From Octopus bimaculoides (lineage: Eukaryota): 35,025 bases of DNA. Below are positions 12,371-24,114 of this stretch, piece after piece; the first letter of the stretch is position 1, and every line of letters starts with the position of its first letter. The translations under genes were made by a program, and so were the position numbers. Under the pieces are notes generated by a model that did not search any database, was not told the DNA's origin, and saw only the letters and a program-made list of their open reading frames with translations. The stretch lies in contig NC_068992.1 in NCBI RefSeq assembly GCF_001194135.2, forward strand, positions 9,433,103-9,468,127, in the 5' to 3' direction.

Positions 12371-13200
12371 TTCTTTCTTTTCAACATCTTCCAATTTTGT
12401 TAACAACAACAACAACACCATGTAATCATCATTCAATTTATTGAAAAGGATTTTACCATTCCTTAGATATAAATGACAAATGTTGTTCCTTTGGTTTGTT
12501 TTCTGCAACAGTATCCCATTCTGAGTCAGGATGTCAAGTTGTAGCTTCTAGAAAATAAATTTCGACATATAACCGCGTATTAATAACTTCTCTCTATATA
12601 TTCCTACTTTGAGCTTCGTAAAGAAAAACATATATGGTATTCTTAGAAAATTCTACCAAGGATCCTCTTGGAATTATTGTATTCAGTCGAACAACCATTT
12701 AGAACACAAACTGACATTAATTTCTACGAAATGAATGGCAATAACGTATTAATAATTGATATAATGTAATACCAAATGATTATAATGTGCAGAAATGAAC
12801 AGAAAAGCTAAGGAATAACACTAACTTAGGTATTTATTGAATTGAAAGCGTTATGGTATGTAAGAAATGTATCCATTATCCCATTTATAAAATCTTACAA
12901 TGGGAATTGATGCACAATCACTTGTTGGTAGATATCGATAAGTTACTGTTAAGTGTAGATACAAGGAAGCTTCTTAAAATAGCATTAATAGGATATCTGA
13001 ATGTGTTAGAAGATATTCTTAAAGCATTTTTTGAAACATCCAATAGTTGACTGTATGACCTCTCAGATCTTCTTAATTAATTCTCTGTGATATAAAACTA
13101 AAGAGACAATTGGCGTAACACAAATCATTAATAAGAATTATCGTTATAGCAATAACAACAACATAAAAAACGACAACAATGTCAGTAATAATAATAACGT

Positions 13201-13748
13201 TTTTCCTACAATAGGCAGAAGGCCTAACATTGTGGGGAGGGGGCTTATGGATTACATCAATCCCCAGTGTCCAACTGGTACTTATTTTATGAAGATTGAA
13301 ATGATGAAAGGCAAAGTCAACCTTGGAGGAATTTAAACAGAGAACGGGAAGACGGACAATATGCCGTTAAGCATTTTGTCCGGCTCCAACAACAACAACA
13401 CTAATAATGCCTTTCTACTAAAAGCACAAGGTCTGAAGTTTTGGGGGAGGGGACCAGTCAATATCGACGCCAGTGATTCACTGGTATTTAATTTATCGAC
13501 GTCGGCAGAATCTGAACTCAAAACGTAAAGACAGACGAAATGCCAGTGAATAACAAATATGGGGGACGATTGTAGCTTATTTGACTGCCAGCAGAATATA
13601 TTTGCTACTTATTTTTTTTATCAAATCCGAGAAGATGGAAAGCAAAATCAACTCTAGAGAGGTTTGACCTCGTAATAGGCGGGAACGCACATAAATACCA
13701 CAAAATAATTTGATGGAAGTTGTAACGATGCTGCCAATCTATTGTCTT
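13201..13748 (-). mobile_element. Three head-to-tail SINE family A copies (about 13201-13386, 13410-13545, 13561-13748)
   Basis: Repeated ggggaggg...atcg..cccag...ctggta.tt..tttat...gaaa(g)gcaaa motifs. Confidence 0.7.
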
Positions 13749-13882
13749 AGCTGCCAATTAAAATAAGGATTGTTAAGTATTTAATAGAATAACGTAAAGG
13801 TCAGCCATAGTAGTAAATCAGAAGCTGTAATATTGTTACTGAACAAAACCAAAGGGTAATCCGTAAAACAACTTCAAAATCC

Positions 13883-14212
13883 AAATGTAATAATCCTTGC
13901 GACTATTTACTTAATGGCAAAGGTTTAAGAGCAGAATATTGTTTATCGTGTTATGGTTACATCAAATAATGTTAAACAAGGAACCAACAGAAGAATAACT
14001 TAAAAGCTATTATTATATACCGAGAACTAGATTCTTCGATCACATTAAAGAAGTAATTACAGCTTAAATGCAAACGTATTTGGTCAATAAAAGAAAACTT
14101 GCGAATATAACATAAGCTGTAATAAAATGGACTCTGATAGATGCTGCCAAAGCTAACACTGAGAATGGCAGAAAATTGTAATCTTTGCTTGGCTGAGAAG
14201 TACATCTTAGCG
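13883..14212 (+). pseudogene. Decayed Penelope-like GIY-YIG endonuclease fragment
   Basis: KCNNPCDYLLNGK.../EQNIVYRVMVTSNNVKQ at about 13883-13985; KWTLIDAAKANTENGRK and CNLCLAEKYIL at 14124-14209. This is the Cys-rich plus KW...CxLCxxEK layout of PLE endonucleases, with frameshifts. Confidence 0.75.
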
Positions 14213-15424
14213 GGAAAATATAAGCTACTCAATAAAAACTACAGCATGTAACATAATAGTTTAGATGCATATACAGAGAACAATACACATAAATATGCGC
14301 ATATATATATATGTGTGTGTGTGTATGTGTGAGTGTGTGGTGTGTATGGTGCGTGGTGTGTGTATGTGTGTGTGTGTGTGTGTATATATGTTTAGATGTA
14401 TGAAAATATATATAAAATTATATCTATATAAATACTTAGCTTGATAAGAATATCATACACATGCGTATACGAACACGCACATACGCTCGCATAAACATAC
14501 ATAGAAATAGTTACGAACGGAGAAAAATGTATTAAATACATGGTGTTGAGTATGTATATACACATACACTCACACACACACACATATAATATATATAAGG
14601 TATGTATGTATGTATTATGTATATGCACGCGTGTGTGCAGAGAGATAGAGAGAGAGATGATGAGAGAGAAAGAAAGAGAGAATAGAGGTGAACGTATAAA
14701 CATCTATTTCTATTTCATGAAGCGACAAGAGCAGGAACTAAGTAGATACAGAAAGAAAGAACAAAAAAAAAAGCAAATAAACAAAAACAAATACTAAAAA
14801 ATAAAATGAAACAAACAAAATGTAATAAATTTTGCCAAGTTGAGAGTAAAACAGCCAACGGAATTACTTCATTGGAAACAGAGACAATTCATTATAAATA
14901 TTCTTCTCGTGGCATGGAATCGGTTTTGATTATTTACCAAATCACATCTGTTGTGCTGCTGCTGCTGCTGTTGTTACTACTGTTGCAATTCAGAAATTAT
15001 TCTAAAGTTAGCAAGCCAAAGCTTGTGTCAGAGCTAGGATTTGTGATAAAATTGATTTTGATCCGGTTAATCACTCGGCATTAAGTCGTAAAGTGTATCC
15101 TAAAAGTAGAAGCAGATGCCAGGTTAATCCTGACAAAGCTAAATTTGTTCAACTCAATCACAAACTACATACGAACAGAAAAATAGCTTCAAGAAGTAGT
15201 GGAAATAATAAAGTTAATCTTTAATAATAGATCACAGTTTCGTATCTGTTTTGTTTTTATGTTCCTTCTAATGTAAGTCAAGAAGTAACGAGCGCCCGAA
15301 AGCTATACAGTTATGCAAATTCATCGAGCAAGTTTCGATTTATGGTTAAATGTATTTCTCAACACCTCTGTCACAAATCGATTCAAATTTTAGCTCCAGG
15401 CCAGCGGTTTAAACGGACAGTCTT

Positions 15425-15530
15425 AATCGGCTACTTCGATCCCAGTACAAGATTGGTACCTTATTATATCGATCCCTAAAATATAAAAGGCAAAGTTAAC
15501 CTCGGCGTAACGTCATTAGTGCACTTCTGA
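15425..15530 (-). mobile_element. SINE family A, partial
   Basis: cgatcccagtac...ggtaccttattatatcgatccc...aaaggcaaagttaacctcggcg. Confidence 0.7.
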
Positions 15531-16154
15531 ATGTAATGAATGCCACATCGCATATCACCTGTTTGTGTACCGTTTGGGAAACATATCCATATATGTATAT
15601 ATATATATATATATNNNNNNNNNNNNNNNNNNNNNNNNNNNNNNNNNNNNNNNNNNNNNNNNNNNNNNNNNNNNNNNNNNNNNNNNNNNNNNNNNNNNNN
15701 NNNNNNNNNNNNNNNNNNNNNNNNNNNNNNNNNNNNNNNNNNNNNNNNNNNNNNNNNNNNNNNNNNNNNNNNNNNNNNNNNNNNNNNNNNNNNNNNNNNN
15801 NNNNNNNNNNNNNNNNNNNNNNNNNNNNNNNNNNNNNNNNNNNNNNNNNNNNNNNNNNNNNNNNNNNNNNNNNNNNNNNNNNNNNNNNNNNNNNNNNNNN
15901 NNNNNNNNNNNNNNNNNNNNNNNNNNNNNNNNNNNNNNNNNNNNNNNNNNNNNNNNNNNNNNNNNNNNNNNNNNNNNNNNNNNNNNNNNNNNNNNNNNNN
16001 NNNNNNNNNNNNNNNNNNNNNNNNNNNNNNNNNNNNNNNNNNNNNNNNNNNNNNNNNNNNNNNNNNNNNNNNNNNNNNNNNNNNNNNNNNNNNNNNNNNN
16101 NNNNNNNNNNNNNNNNNNNNNNNNNNNNNNNNNNNNNNNNNNNNNNNNNNNNNN

Positions 16155-16231
<77 letters not shown>

Positions 16232-16500
16232 CGCGCGCGCACGCACACATACACACACGGTAATTTTCAAGAATTCACCGACCACAAATCTCTTCCAAAT
16301 GATGCAAGTCAGAAAATATTTGACAACAAAAACATTCACCTGTTCTTTCTATTCTTTATTCGTACTTCTTCACTTCTTTCATTTGTTTTGCTTTTGTTCA
16401 TTCGTTGATGTCAGAGTAGTTACATATCTTCCTCTGTCTATTATGGTTTACCTGTAATACGCGGAGGTTTAAATCGATGAAATGAATAAATAACAGACAC

Positions 16501-16615
16501 AGACATGGACGTCTGGTTAAGACGCTCGCTTTACAACCGCCTCGTTTTCGCGATCAGTTCTACTAGCCTCACTGCTCCTTATGCAAGTGTCTTCTCTATA
16601 TAAATGGACCCGAGG
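16501..16615 (+). mobile_element. SINE family B, diverged
   Basis: gacatggacgtctggttaagacgctcgctttacaacc...ccttatgcaagtgtcttctctata. Confidence 0.6.
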
Positions 16616-16774
16616 TACCTGGTGGTGATACAAAACCGGGCAACAGATTAAGTCCGTCTGCCACGTAAGCTACAGTTCAATCTGAACACAGAACGCAAAG
16701 AACTGAGACAAGTACTGGAAAGGATCCGCTCTGAAGTTCTTACACTTCCACTAATTCCACTACCCTGAATTAGC

Positions 16775-16870
16775 GCTCTTTTATCGACTCCGAAGGGATG
16801 AAAAGCAGAACTGACCTTGGTAGAGGTTGAGCTAAGACCGTATTGAGCCGGAAATAAATACCACGATACA
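16775..16870 (-). mobile_element. SINE family A, partial
   Basis: ttttatcgactccgaagggatgaaaagcagaactgaccttgg. Confidence 0.65.
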
Positions 16871-17194
16871 CTCTTATTGTCTAAGTTCTTTCACATATTA
16901 AACGAAATTTTATTAAAAACATCACTGGGATCCTTAAGCTGTTCAGAAATCTAGGGCTTATAAAATCTCAATCCAGTTATATATATTTCAAAAATAAAAA
17001 AAAAAGATTGACTGGATGGTCAGTATATATTTTGATCATAGTTCTGCTCATTTAGAGCTCTGTTGGGGCGAAACACGAACAAGATGGATTTTAATTGTAC
17101 AATTGTTTCGTAAACTCACCGTGAGAGTTTAATGATTCTTTTCGTATTTTTTCCCGGAGAAATGAAAATATGCGTGTCCTTGATATATTTTTTT

Positions 17195-17400
17195 ATATCT
17201 TTTACTTGCTTCAACCACTAGACTGCAGCAATTCTGGGGCACTACCCCGAAGGATTTTTGTCGAATAAATCGACCGCCATACTTATTTCTTTTTAAAGTC
17301 TGGTACTTATTCTATAAGTTCCTTGTGATGAACCGCTAAGTTATGAGGATGTAAGTAAACGATATTCGGACAACAAGCAGTGGGTGGACAAACAAACTCA
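17195..17400 (-). mobile_element. SINE of the ttttacttg.ttca...ctggggcac...gtcgaa.aaatcgac family
   Basis: Matches 31742-31890 and 7310-7375. Confidence 0.7.
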
Positions 17401-17545
17401 CATAAAAAACACACACATACCGACATCTGTATTTCGTTTTGAATTATTGACGCAATGATCCTCCCAAAACAATGTGTATACACACACACACAGACACACT
17501 CAGACACACACAGACACACACGCACACGCGGGCGCGCACACACAC

Positions 17546-17605
<60 letters not shown>

Positions 17606-17744
17606 NNNNNNNNNNNNNNNNNNNNNNNNNNNNNNNNNNNNNNNNNNNNNNNNNNNNNNNNNNNNNNNNNNNNNNNNNNNNNNNNNNNNNNNNNNNNNNN
17701 NNNNNNNNNNNNNNNNNNNNNNNNNNNNNNNNNNNNNNNNNNNN

Positions 17745-17816
<72 letters not shown>

Positions 17817-18072
17817 GAAGAATAAGCGGGAGAAAGAGAGTGATATGGGATGAGGGGTAACTGTATTAACGATGGCGAAGACGATGAAATGTAGAAGCTT
17901 CAAACTGGCTTGGACTTAAGTGGCATAAATATCGTATATGGTATTGGAGACGAAAACTATTGTAGTGAAAATAAAAAGGATAAATACAGAGAGACAAAGA
18001 GAGAAAGGTAGAGCGAGAGAGAGAGAGAGAGAGAAAGAGAGAGAAAGAGAAAGAGGGAGAGAGAGTCGGTGT

Positions 18073-18108
<36 letters not shown>

Positions 18109-18539
18109 GGAGGAATGGGAGATGGAGAATTAGAAAGAAAGGACAATTGACAGGTGACTGAATATTTTGAAAGAGTTTGTCATGTTAATCCATTAGAAAA
18201 TTGTCTGCATTTGCAGATATACTACAACTAAGAGATGAGTAAAGATACATCGATTAACAACCTTAATCTCAAAAGCAGTTCTTCAGTTATTGAAAACGTG
18301 ACGCAGTTCCAATGTTGAGATTAACCTATTGAGATTAACCTTATTTACAAGCATGTTCCACGAGGAATATTTGCTAAGTACCATGGGACTAAACATATAT
18401 ATGTATACGGGCAACAGCAACAACAACACCAGGACTACGGCCGAGGATGACTATTGCAACAACTACAACGATATCGCAGGACCCACGATCTGTAATAACA
18501 ACACCGATGACAGCTCCAATAATGGCAGTGACAACAACA

Positions 18540-19100
18540 ACTCAAAGCCTGGAGCCAACGGAGGATACACCAGATGCGAAAACACAACCAGTACTCAAGT
18601 TCGGAGATACGTCGGTTCGGCCAGAACTGCCTTTAAGCGACGCCTGTACAAGCACAGGTCCTCTTTTAAGGTTCCGGAAAGACGTTATCTCATGTCTCTG
18701 GCCATCCACATGCGACGCCTTAAAGATGAAAAAACTCCGTACGAAATTAAATGGAGGATCATAGAACAACCGGAGTCCTATATAAACGGGAACGGACGAT
18801 GCAAGCTTTGCATGGCAGAGCGGGAAAGGACCCTTAAAAACTCGCTGGACACAGGGGATGTCACTTAAACTCAAGACACGAGATTTATATCGCCTTCCCT
18901 TATTTCAAACGCTACCTGCTGCAGGAGTGGGATTCCCCGATCGTCGATAAGGGCAGTAATAATATTCGTAGACTGGAACCAGCCTAAGGGAGAAAATTTC
19001 CTGTTTGACCTTTAGGTTCATAAGATTTGCTCACCGGACCGGTCTAAGGGATATAAGTCATCCAGTTTAAAGCTCAGAAAGTGTATATTATTCTTATATA
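18540..19100 (+). pseudogene. Penelope-like element 3' fragment: GIY-YIG endonuclease plus terminal sequence
   Basis: RCENTTSTQVRRYVGSARTAFKRRLYKHRSSFK...LAIHMRRLKDEKTPYEIKWRIIE...NGNGRCKLCMAERE retains the YIG-like YVG, the catalytic-type Arg and CxLCxxE. It continues by frameshift as LNSRHEI...KRYLL. Confidence 0.85.
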
Positions 19101-19169
19101 TATAACCTACATTTTAGGTTTTTACAGAAACACACGTATCTCTCTCTATAACCTTAATACTTTCATACA

Positions 19170-19440
<271 letters not shown>

Positions 19441-19643
19441 GAGTGACATATCTATATTAATAAATATTTTGTTCTTCACCGTATACTTCGTAGAAAGCTT
19501 TCTATTAACGTCAAGCACCTGACAATATCCTGTCTTTATTAAAGCATAATTTCCGTAGTATGTGCATCTAATTTTGCATGTTGTTGTCTTTTTTTTTTTG
19601 CATATATTTCCAACCTTATTTTTGATGCACTCAACTAATTTAG

Positions 19644-19710
19644 CATAGATTATTTACCATTTAATGGTGCTGAAGACGATATATGCAGAAACAGAACATA
19701 TATAAAAGAG
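19644..19710 (+). CDS. Candidate coding exon (C+IDYLPFNGAEDDICRNRTYIKE); product unknown
   Basis: Long upstream T-rich tract, acceptor ctaatttag|C (or catag|A at 19649), donor GAG|GTAAAC; ends in phase 0. Confidence 0.35.
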
Positions 19711-20199
19711 GTAAACAAAAACAAGAAAACTACGTTCGTTATAAGAATTGCTTACATTTCTAGTAAAACTATTCGACGTCTCTTTGATGTTGGTTAATAT
19801 TAAAAGACAGAGACGATGTCTTCTACTTTGTAATGGTTAGTATGCTTAACCGTTATAAAGAAATCGATACAAGGAGATACATAACGCAACACTCTGTCTT
19901 CTTTATATTATGTTTGGCTCGTAATGAAGACATTTTGTTTGCCTTGTCTTTGTCGCATCTCTGGTGTACTGGTAGTAGTAGTAGTAGTAGTAGTAGTAGA
20001 GGTGGTGGTGGACGCGATGATGGTGTTGATGGTGGAGGTGTAGTTGACGTGTTTGTTATCTGAGAATGTGAAGAAGGGGGTGTTGCTGGCATATAAAGTG
20101 GGGGTGGGTGGGTGGAAAAGAAACCATTCCTAAATTGGTTTGCTTTTAGGTAGTGTAGCGACAAATATAGTAGGGGCTGTGTTCGCGCGCACGTGTGTA

Positions 20200-20270
<71 letters not shown>

Positions 20271-20832
20271 NNNNNNNNNNNNNNNNNNNNNNNNNNNNNN
20301 NNNNNNNNNNNNNNNNNNNNNNNNNNNNNNNNNNNNNNNNNNNNNNNNNNNNNNNNNNNNNNNNNNNNNNNNNNNNNNNNNNNNNNNNNNNNNNNNNNNN
20401 NNNNNNNNNNNNNNNNNNNNNNNNNNNNNNNNNNNNNNNNNNNNNNNNNNNNNNNNNNNNNNNNNNNNNNNNNNNNNNNNNNNNNNNNNNNNNNNNNNNN
20501 NNNNNNNNNNNNNNNNNNNNNNNNNNNNNNNNNNNNNNNNNNNNNNNNNNTATATATATGTATGTATGTATGTATATGACTATATGTAGCCATCTGTGCA
20601 TAATACTTAATGTAGATACATCGCAGAAAGGTAAATTAAATGCGGTATTCACCCGGAGATAACATCTTCTGATAAATTTTTGTGTTTTTAAACACGGTAC
20701 ACCTATAAGAGATATTATCTTCGGACGACTACGGCAGTTAATTGGTCGTTTTGCGACGCACCGGCATTAGACATGGCACGTGGAGGATGGGTATTGGGTA
20801 TTTTAATTGAATACCGAGTCTGTTACATATAA

Positions 20833-21065
20833 CCGATACACACAGAAATCCAAAAGATTGTTCTGACAAGTATTGCTCACATCCTTAGAAAAACCCTATC
20901 CATTTAAATGTTTGTGTTGTATTATATGAAGATATTTCGCTACTGCCCTTGTCACTTCTCCACCCCAATCTTTCAGTCATACTGTAACATTTCTTATCCT
21001 TTACTCGCCCAAGGACTCTCTGTGTGTCTCGGCAAGTGATTGTAACTAACATGCAGATTAAAAGT
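20833..21065 (+). mobile_element. 3' end of an R4/Dong-type element (ORF C-terminus plus 3' UTR)
   Basis: 20833-20907 encodes PIHTEIQKIVLTSIAHILRKTLSI*, the EIQK..L...AHILRK.LS terminus typical of RLE elements. It runs into (AAC/AAT)n. Confidence 0.75.
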
Positions 21066-21130
21066 AATTAACAACAACAATAACAACAGCGGCAGCAGCA
21101 GCAGCAGCAGCAACAACAACAACAATAATT

Positions 21131-21327
21131 CTTTCTACTATAGGCACAAGGCCCAAACTTCAGGAGAGGGGATAGTTTATAACATCGACTCCAGCACACA
21201 ACTTCTGCTTATTTTATCGACCCCGGAAAGCTGAGAGGCAAAGTCGATTTCGGCAGAATTTGAACCCAGAACGCAATGACTGACAAAAACCGCTAAACAT
21301 TTCGTCCGGCGTGCTAACGATTCTGCC

Positions 21328-21328
<1 letters not shown>
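21131..21328 (-). mobile_element. SINE family A, near full length, between (AAC)n and (AAT)n
   Basis: cttattttatcgaccccggaaag...gcaaagtcgatttcggcagaatttgaacccagaac...ctaacgattctgcc. Confidence 0.85.
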
Positions 21329-21406
<78 letters not shown>

Positions 21407-21784
21407 TAATGAAAATAATTGGGAATCGAAAGCAGCTCCCTAACTCACTTCACTAATAACTTACTCCGAGTTGCGGCGCAGTCTACAACGACTGAAGTAT
21501 AATATAATTGGAGAAAATTTATTCCTCAAAACTTGTTAATTTATTCACTGGATGTTATAGCAAAATACGAATCTTACAATTCACAGGATGCGAATGATTG
21601 AACATCAAACGTTTCTGGGAATTTCTTTTGACAATAGGTGGCTTGATGCCATATTATAGAGCTAATGATAAATCATATTTCGCATGGATATAAATGAATA
21701 AGTTATTCAGAAAAATAGTTCTTCTCATTGACTGCTGAATTAGAAAGTATATAATCTTCGTGCTATGAATAATCTGTCTTTCAG

Positions 21785-21805
21785 AGCTGTATGATAAAAT
21801 TTTGG
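21785..21805 (+). CDS. Candidate 21-nt exon (SCMIKFW) with a GC donor
   Basis: Acceptor aatctgtctttcag|A, donor TGG|GCAAGT; joins in frame to 21937. Confidence 0.3.
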
Positions 21806-21936
21806 GCAAGTATTTTGATTTTTGGCGATCTTATTTATTAATAAAAAAGAAAATCCACTTTAATATCGATTTTGATTTAATTAAATGAATTATGCCACAC
21901 ATTTCTGCTTTTTTTATATTTCAATTTTATGAATAG

Positions 21937-21994
21937 GATGAAATGAAGAAGAAATGGTCGTCAGAGAGACTGGTTCATCTTCCTTTATTCTCGC
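21937..21994 (+). CDS. Candidate exon (DEMKKKWSSERLVHLPLFS+C)
   Basis: Acceptor ctttttttatatttcaattttatgaatag|G, donor GC|GTGAGT; only one of three frames is open. Confidence 0.45.
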
Positions 21995-22111
21995 GTGAGT
22001 GGATTCAATTAAATCATAGTAAGTCACTCAATTACTTGTCAGTTTCCAGTGAATTCTCCCTTCGACTATCGACATGTTGATTTATCCTCCTTTGTTGTTC
22101 GATCTTGACAG

Positions 22112-22192
22112 AGCCACCTGAGGCAGGAAACATTCTACCGCTTCGTCCTTTAATGTTATTTGCAAATACCATCTTCAGAATTTCTGTATTGT
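22112..22192 (+). CDS. Candidate exon (AG+PPEAGNILPLRPLMLFANTIFRISVL+T)
   Basis: Acceptor tttatcctcctttgttgttcgatcttgacag|A, donor GT|GTACGT; phase 1-1, in frame with the previous exon. A possible terminal exon 22295-22347 would add YRSSILEYIKSNINGLI*. Confidence 0.45.
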
Positions 22193-22422
22193 GTACGTTG
22201 TACTGTCTTTAACAATTAACTCGATTCAGAACAAAATTTTAAATATAGCTTGAATACGAATTACGTTTATGAAATTATATGTCTCTCCTGTTAGACAGAA
22301 GTTCAATACTTGAATATATTAAATCAAATATAAATGGATTAATATAGAATTCTGGGTCTAAAACTGTAGATTTCTATCATTAGACGGATATAAATTTATT
22401 CTTAGCTGTATTAACATTAGCA

Positions 22423-22562
22423 TAGGTGTGGCTGTGTGGTAAGAAGTTTGCTTTCCAACCATATGGTCTTGGTTTCAGACGCACTGCGCTGCACCTTAGG
22501 CTAGTATTTTCCACTATATCCCCGGGAATCGACTAAAGCTTTGTGAGCAGATTTGGGAGACG
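22423..22562 (+). mobile_element. SINE family B
   Basis: ggtgtggctgtgtggtaagaagtttgctttccaaccatatgg...gcactgcgctgcacctt...gactaaagctttgtgag. Confidence 0.8.
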
Positions 22563-22727
22563 AATTTCTTTCAGTTTTCATCTATCAAGAATAAAACTAC
22601 CCAGAATAACACTGTCAAACATTGAACTCTTCAGTTCGCTTCCAAAGCCTGTAATGGTGACACCACGAATAAAGCTGCACAGATTCGTAAAACCTGGATG
22701 AACTTATAATAATACAATTGAACCAAC

Positions 22728-22890
22728 ATGATTACATCGGGCCCAGTGCTCAACTCGTACTTATTCTATCAACCCCGAAAGGAAGAAAGGTAAAGCTGAC
22801 TTTAGCTGAATTTGAACAGAACGTAAAGATGGACGAAATGCTGCTGAGCATTTTTACCGGTGTGTTAACGCTTCTGTCAGCTCACCACCT
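22728..22890 (-). mobile_element. SINE family A
   Basis: gattacatcgggcccagtgctcaactcgtacttattctatcaaccccgaaaggaagaaagg...tctgtcagctcaccacc. Confidence 0.85.
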
Positions 22891-23349
22891 TTTTATGCTA
22901 GAGATACTGACGAGCACCATAGCTTAAGGAAATAAACATCTGCTGGGTCAGTAACGTGATTTAGTGTCGAATCTGTGTTGAGATAAGTTCCTACGCAGCC
23001 AATGACAGCAAGGAATCACAAATCTCTTAAGTTTCTATTGTATTCTTCACCCGAACTGCACTGTCAATATTAAGTAGTTAAACAGAGATCAATATCATTA
23101 AGTATAAGGTATATATGAATGCATGTGTCTGTGTCTGTATGTATGTAAGACCTGGGTATGCTTAAAAGTGCTGTCCTAGCTATAGCTTAACTAGCATGCG
23201 GACTACTGCAAGGACTCAAGAAACATTTGCAAATATATATATNNNNNNNNNNNNNNNNNNNNNNNNNNNNNNNNNNNNNNNNNNNNNNNNNNNTATATAT
23301 ATATAAATATATGTATGTATGTATGATATATATGTATATATAAAAATAT

Positions 23350-23650
23350 ATATAAAGGAGGCCACTAGGTGGACTGCTAATGTGCTAGAAGAAGATGTCA
23401 TGTGTCTACTAAGACTGAATAATTCTCAAAGGGAATTTAGCGAGTTAACAAAAACGTAATCGGGCAAGACCAATGAAAATTACATAAAAAAATACAATTA
23501 TCTGTAAACATGTTTCGAAATTAATACTTTCTTACCGAAAGTATCTGTTTCTCATCAGTACAGGCCGTTGGATAAATACAACTTACAGGATCGCATACTA
23601 TTTGTACGCCACAAGCGGAGCACGTGTATACGGTTCTATTAAATTATATT
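23350..23650 (-). mobile_element. About 300-bp (TA)n-embedded element carrying an intact hammerhead (probable PLE pLTR or retrozyme-like unit)
   Basis: Short non-simple segment flanked by TA-rich microsatellites on both sides and containing HHR 23502-23563. The class is inferred. Confidence 0.5.
23502..23563 (-). ncRNA. Type I hammerhead ribozyme, complete consensus core
   Basis: Minus strand CUGUA-CUGAUGA-GAAA-ca-GAUACUUUC(GGUAA)GAAAGUAUU-aa-UUUC-GAAAC-AU-GUU-UACAG: 5-bp stem I, G10.1-C11.1, 4+9-bp stem II, palindromic AACAUGUU stem III. Predicted cut 3' of 23507. Confidence 0.85.
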
Positions 23651-23668
23651 TATATTTATATTTATGTA

Positions 23669-23708
<40 letters not shown>

Positions 23709-24102
23709 GTGTGTGTGTGTGTGTGTGCATGCATGCATGTACAGTACAATTTAAACATCAATTTGTCAGATAAATAAGCAGTATTTATAACTCCATGCAG
23801 CTCCGTGTATTGTAAGTTTATCCCGTGTTATGGAATCCAGATTTGAGCATTACTGAGACAATGAGTAGAAAGTAAATCAAAACAGGATCACCGAGTTTCG
23901 CCAAAGACGCAGCAGCTCAAGAAGGAATGTTCGAGAAGAAATCCATGCTGTTTGAACCAGATCCAGCACAGTTAGTTAAATGGGCGTTTACTAATTTCTA
24001 TCACTTACCAGTGGTTACAACAGCGAACATTACAACCTTGTGATACTTCCTTCATACAAGACGAATTCAAATATAGACAGTTGTTATGGTTACAGATGAA
24101 AA

Positions 24103-24114
24103 CAAAATGGCGGC
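24103..24114 (+). promoter_or_regulatory. YY1-type motif CAAAATGGCGGC, possible TSS-proximal element or ATG context
   Basis: Exact match to the AAAATGGCGGC core in a locally CpG-enriched, repeat-free patch. Confidence 0.4.

Noticed and set aside
12853-13050. 65-aa + ORF, with an antisense frame containing LLDVSKNAL (LRR-like)
   Set aside because: Single short motif, no second repeat, and no splice sites compatible with either open frame.
18994-19028. HHR-like remnant after the GIY-YIG ORF (minus strand AAAU-CUUAUGA-ACCU/AGGU-CAAAC)
   Set aside because: At least three core substitutions and no NUH triplet; at most a fossil.
22900-22945. CUGACGA-GC(ACCAUA)GC...GAAA on +
   Set aside because: Five extra bases before GAAA, only a 2-bp stem, no UH site.
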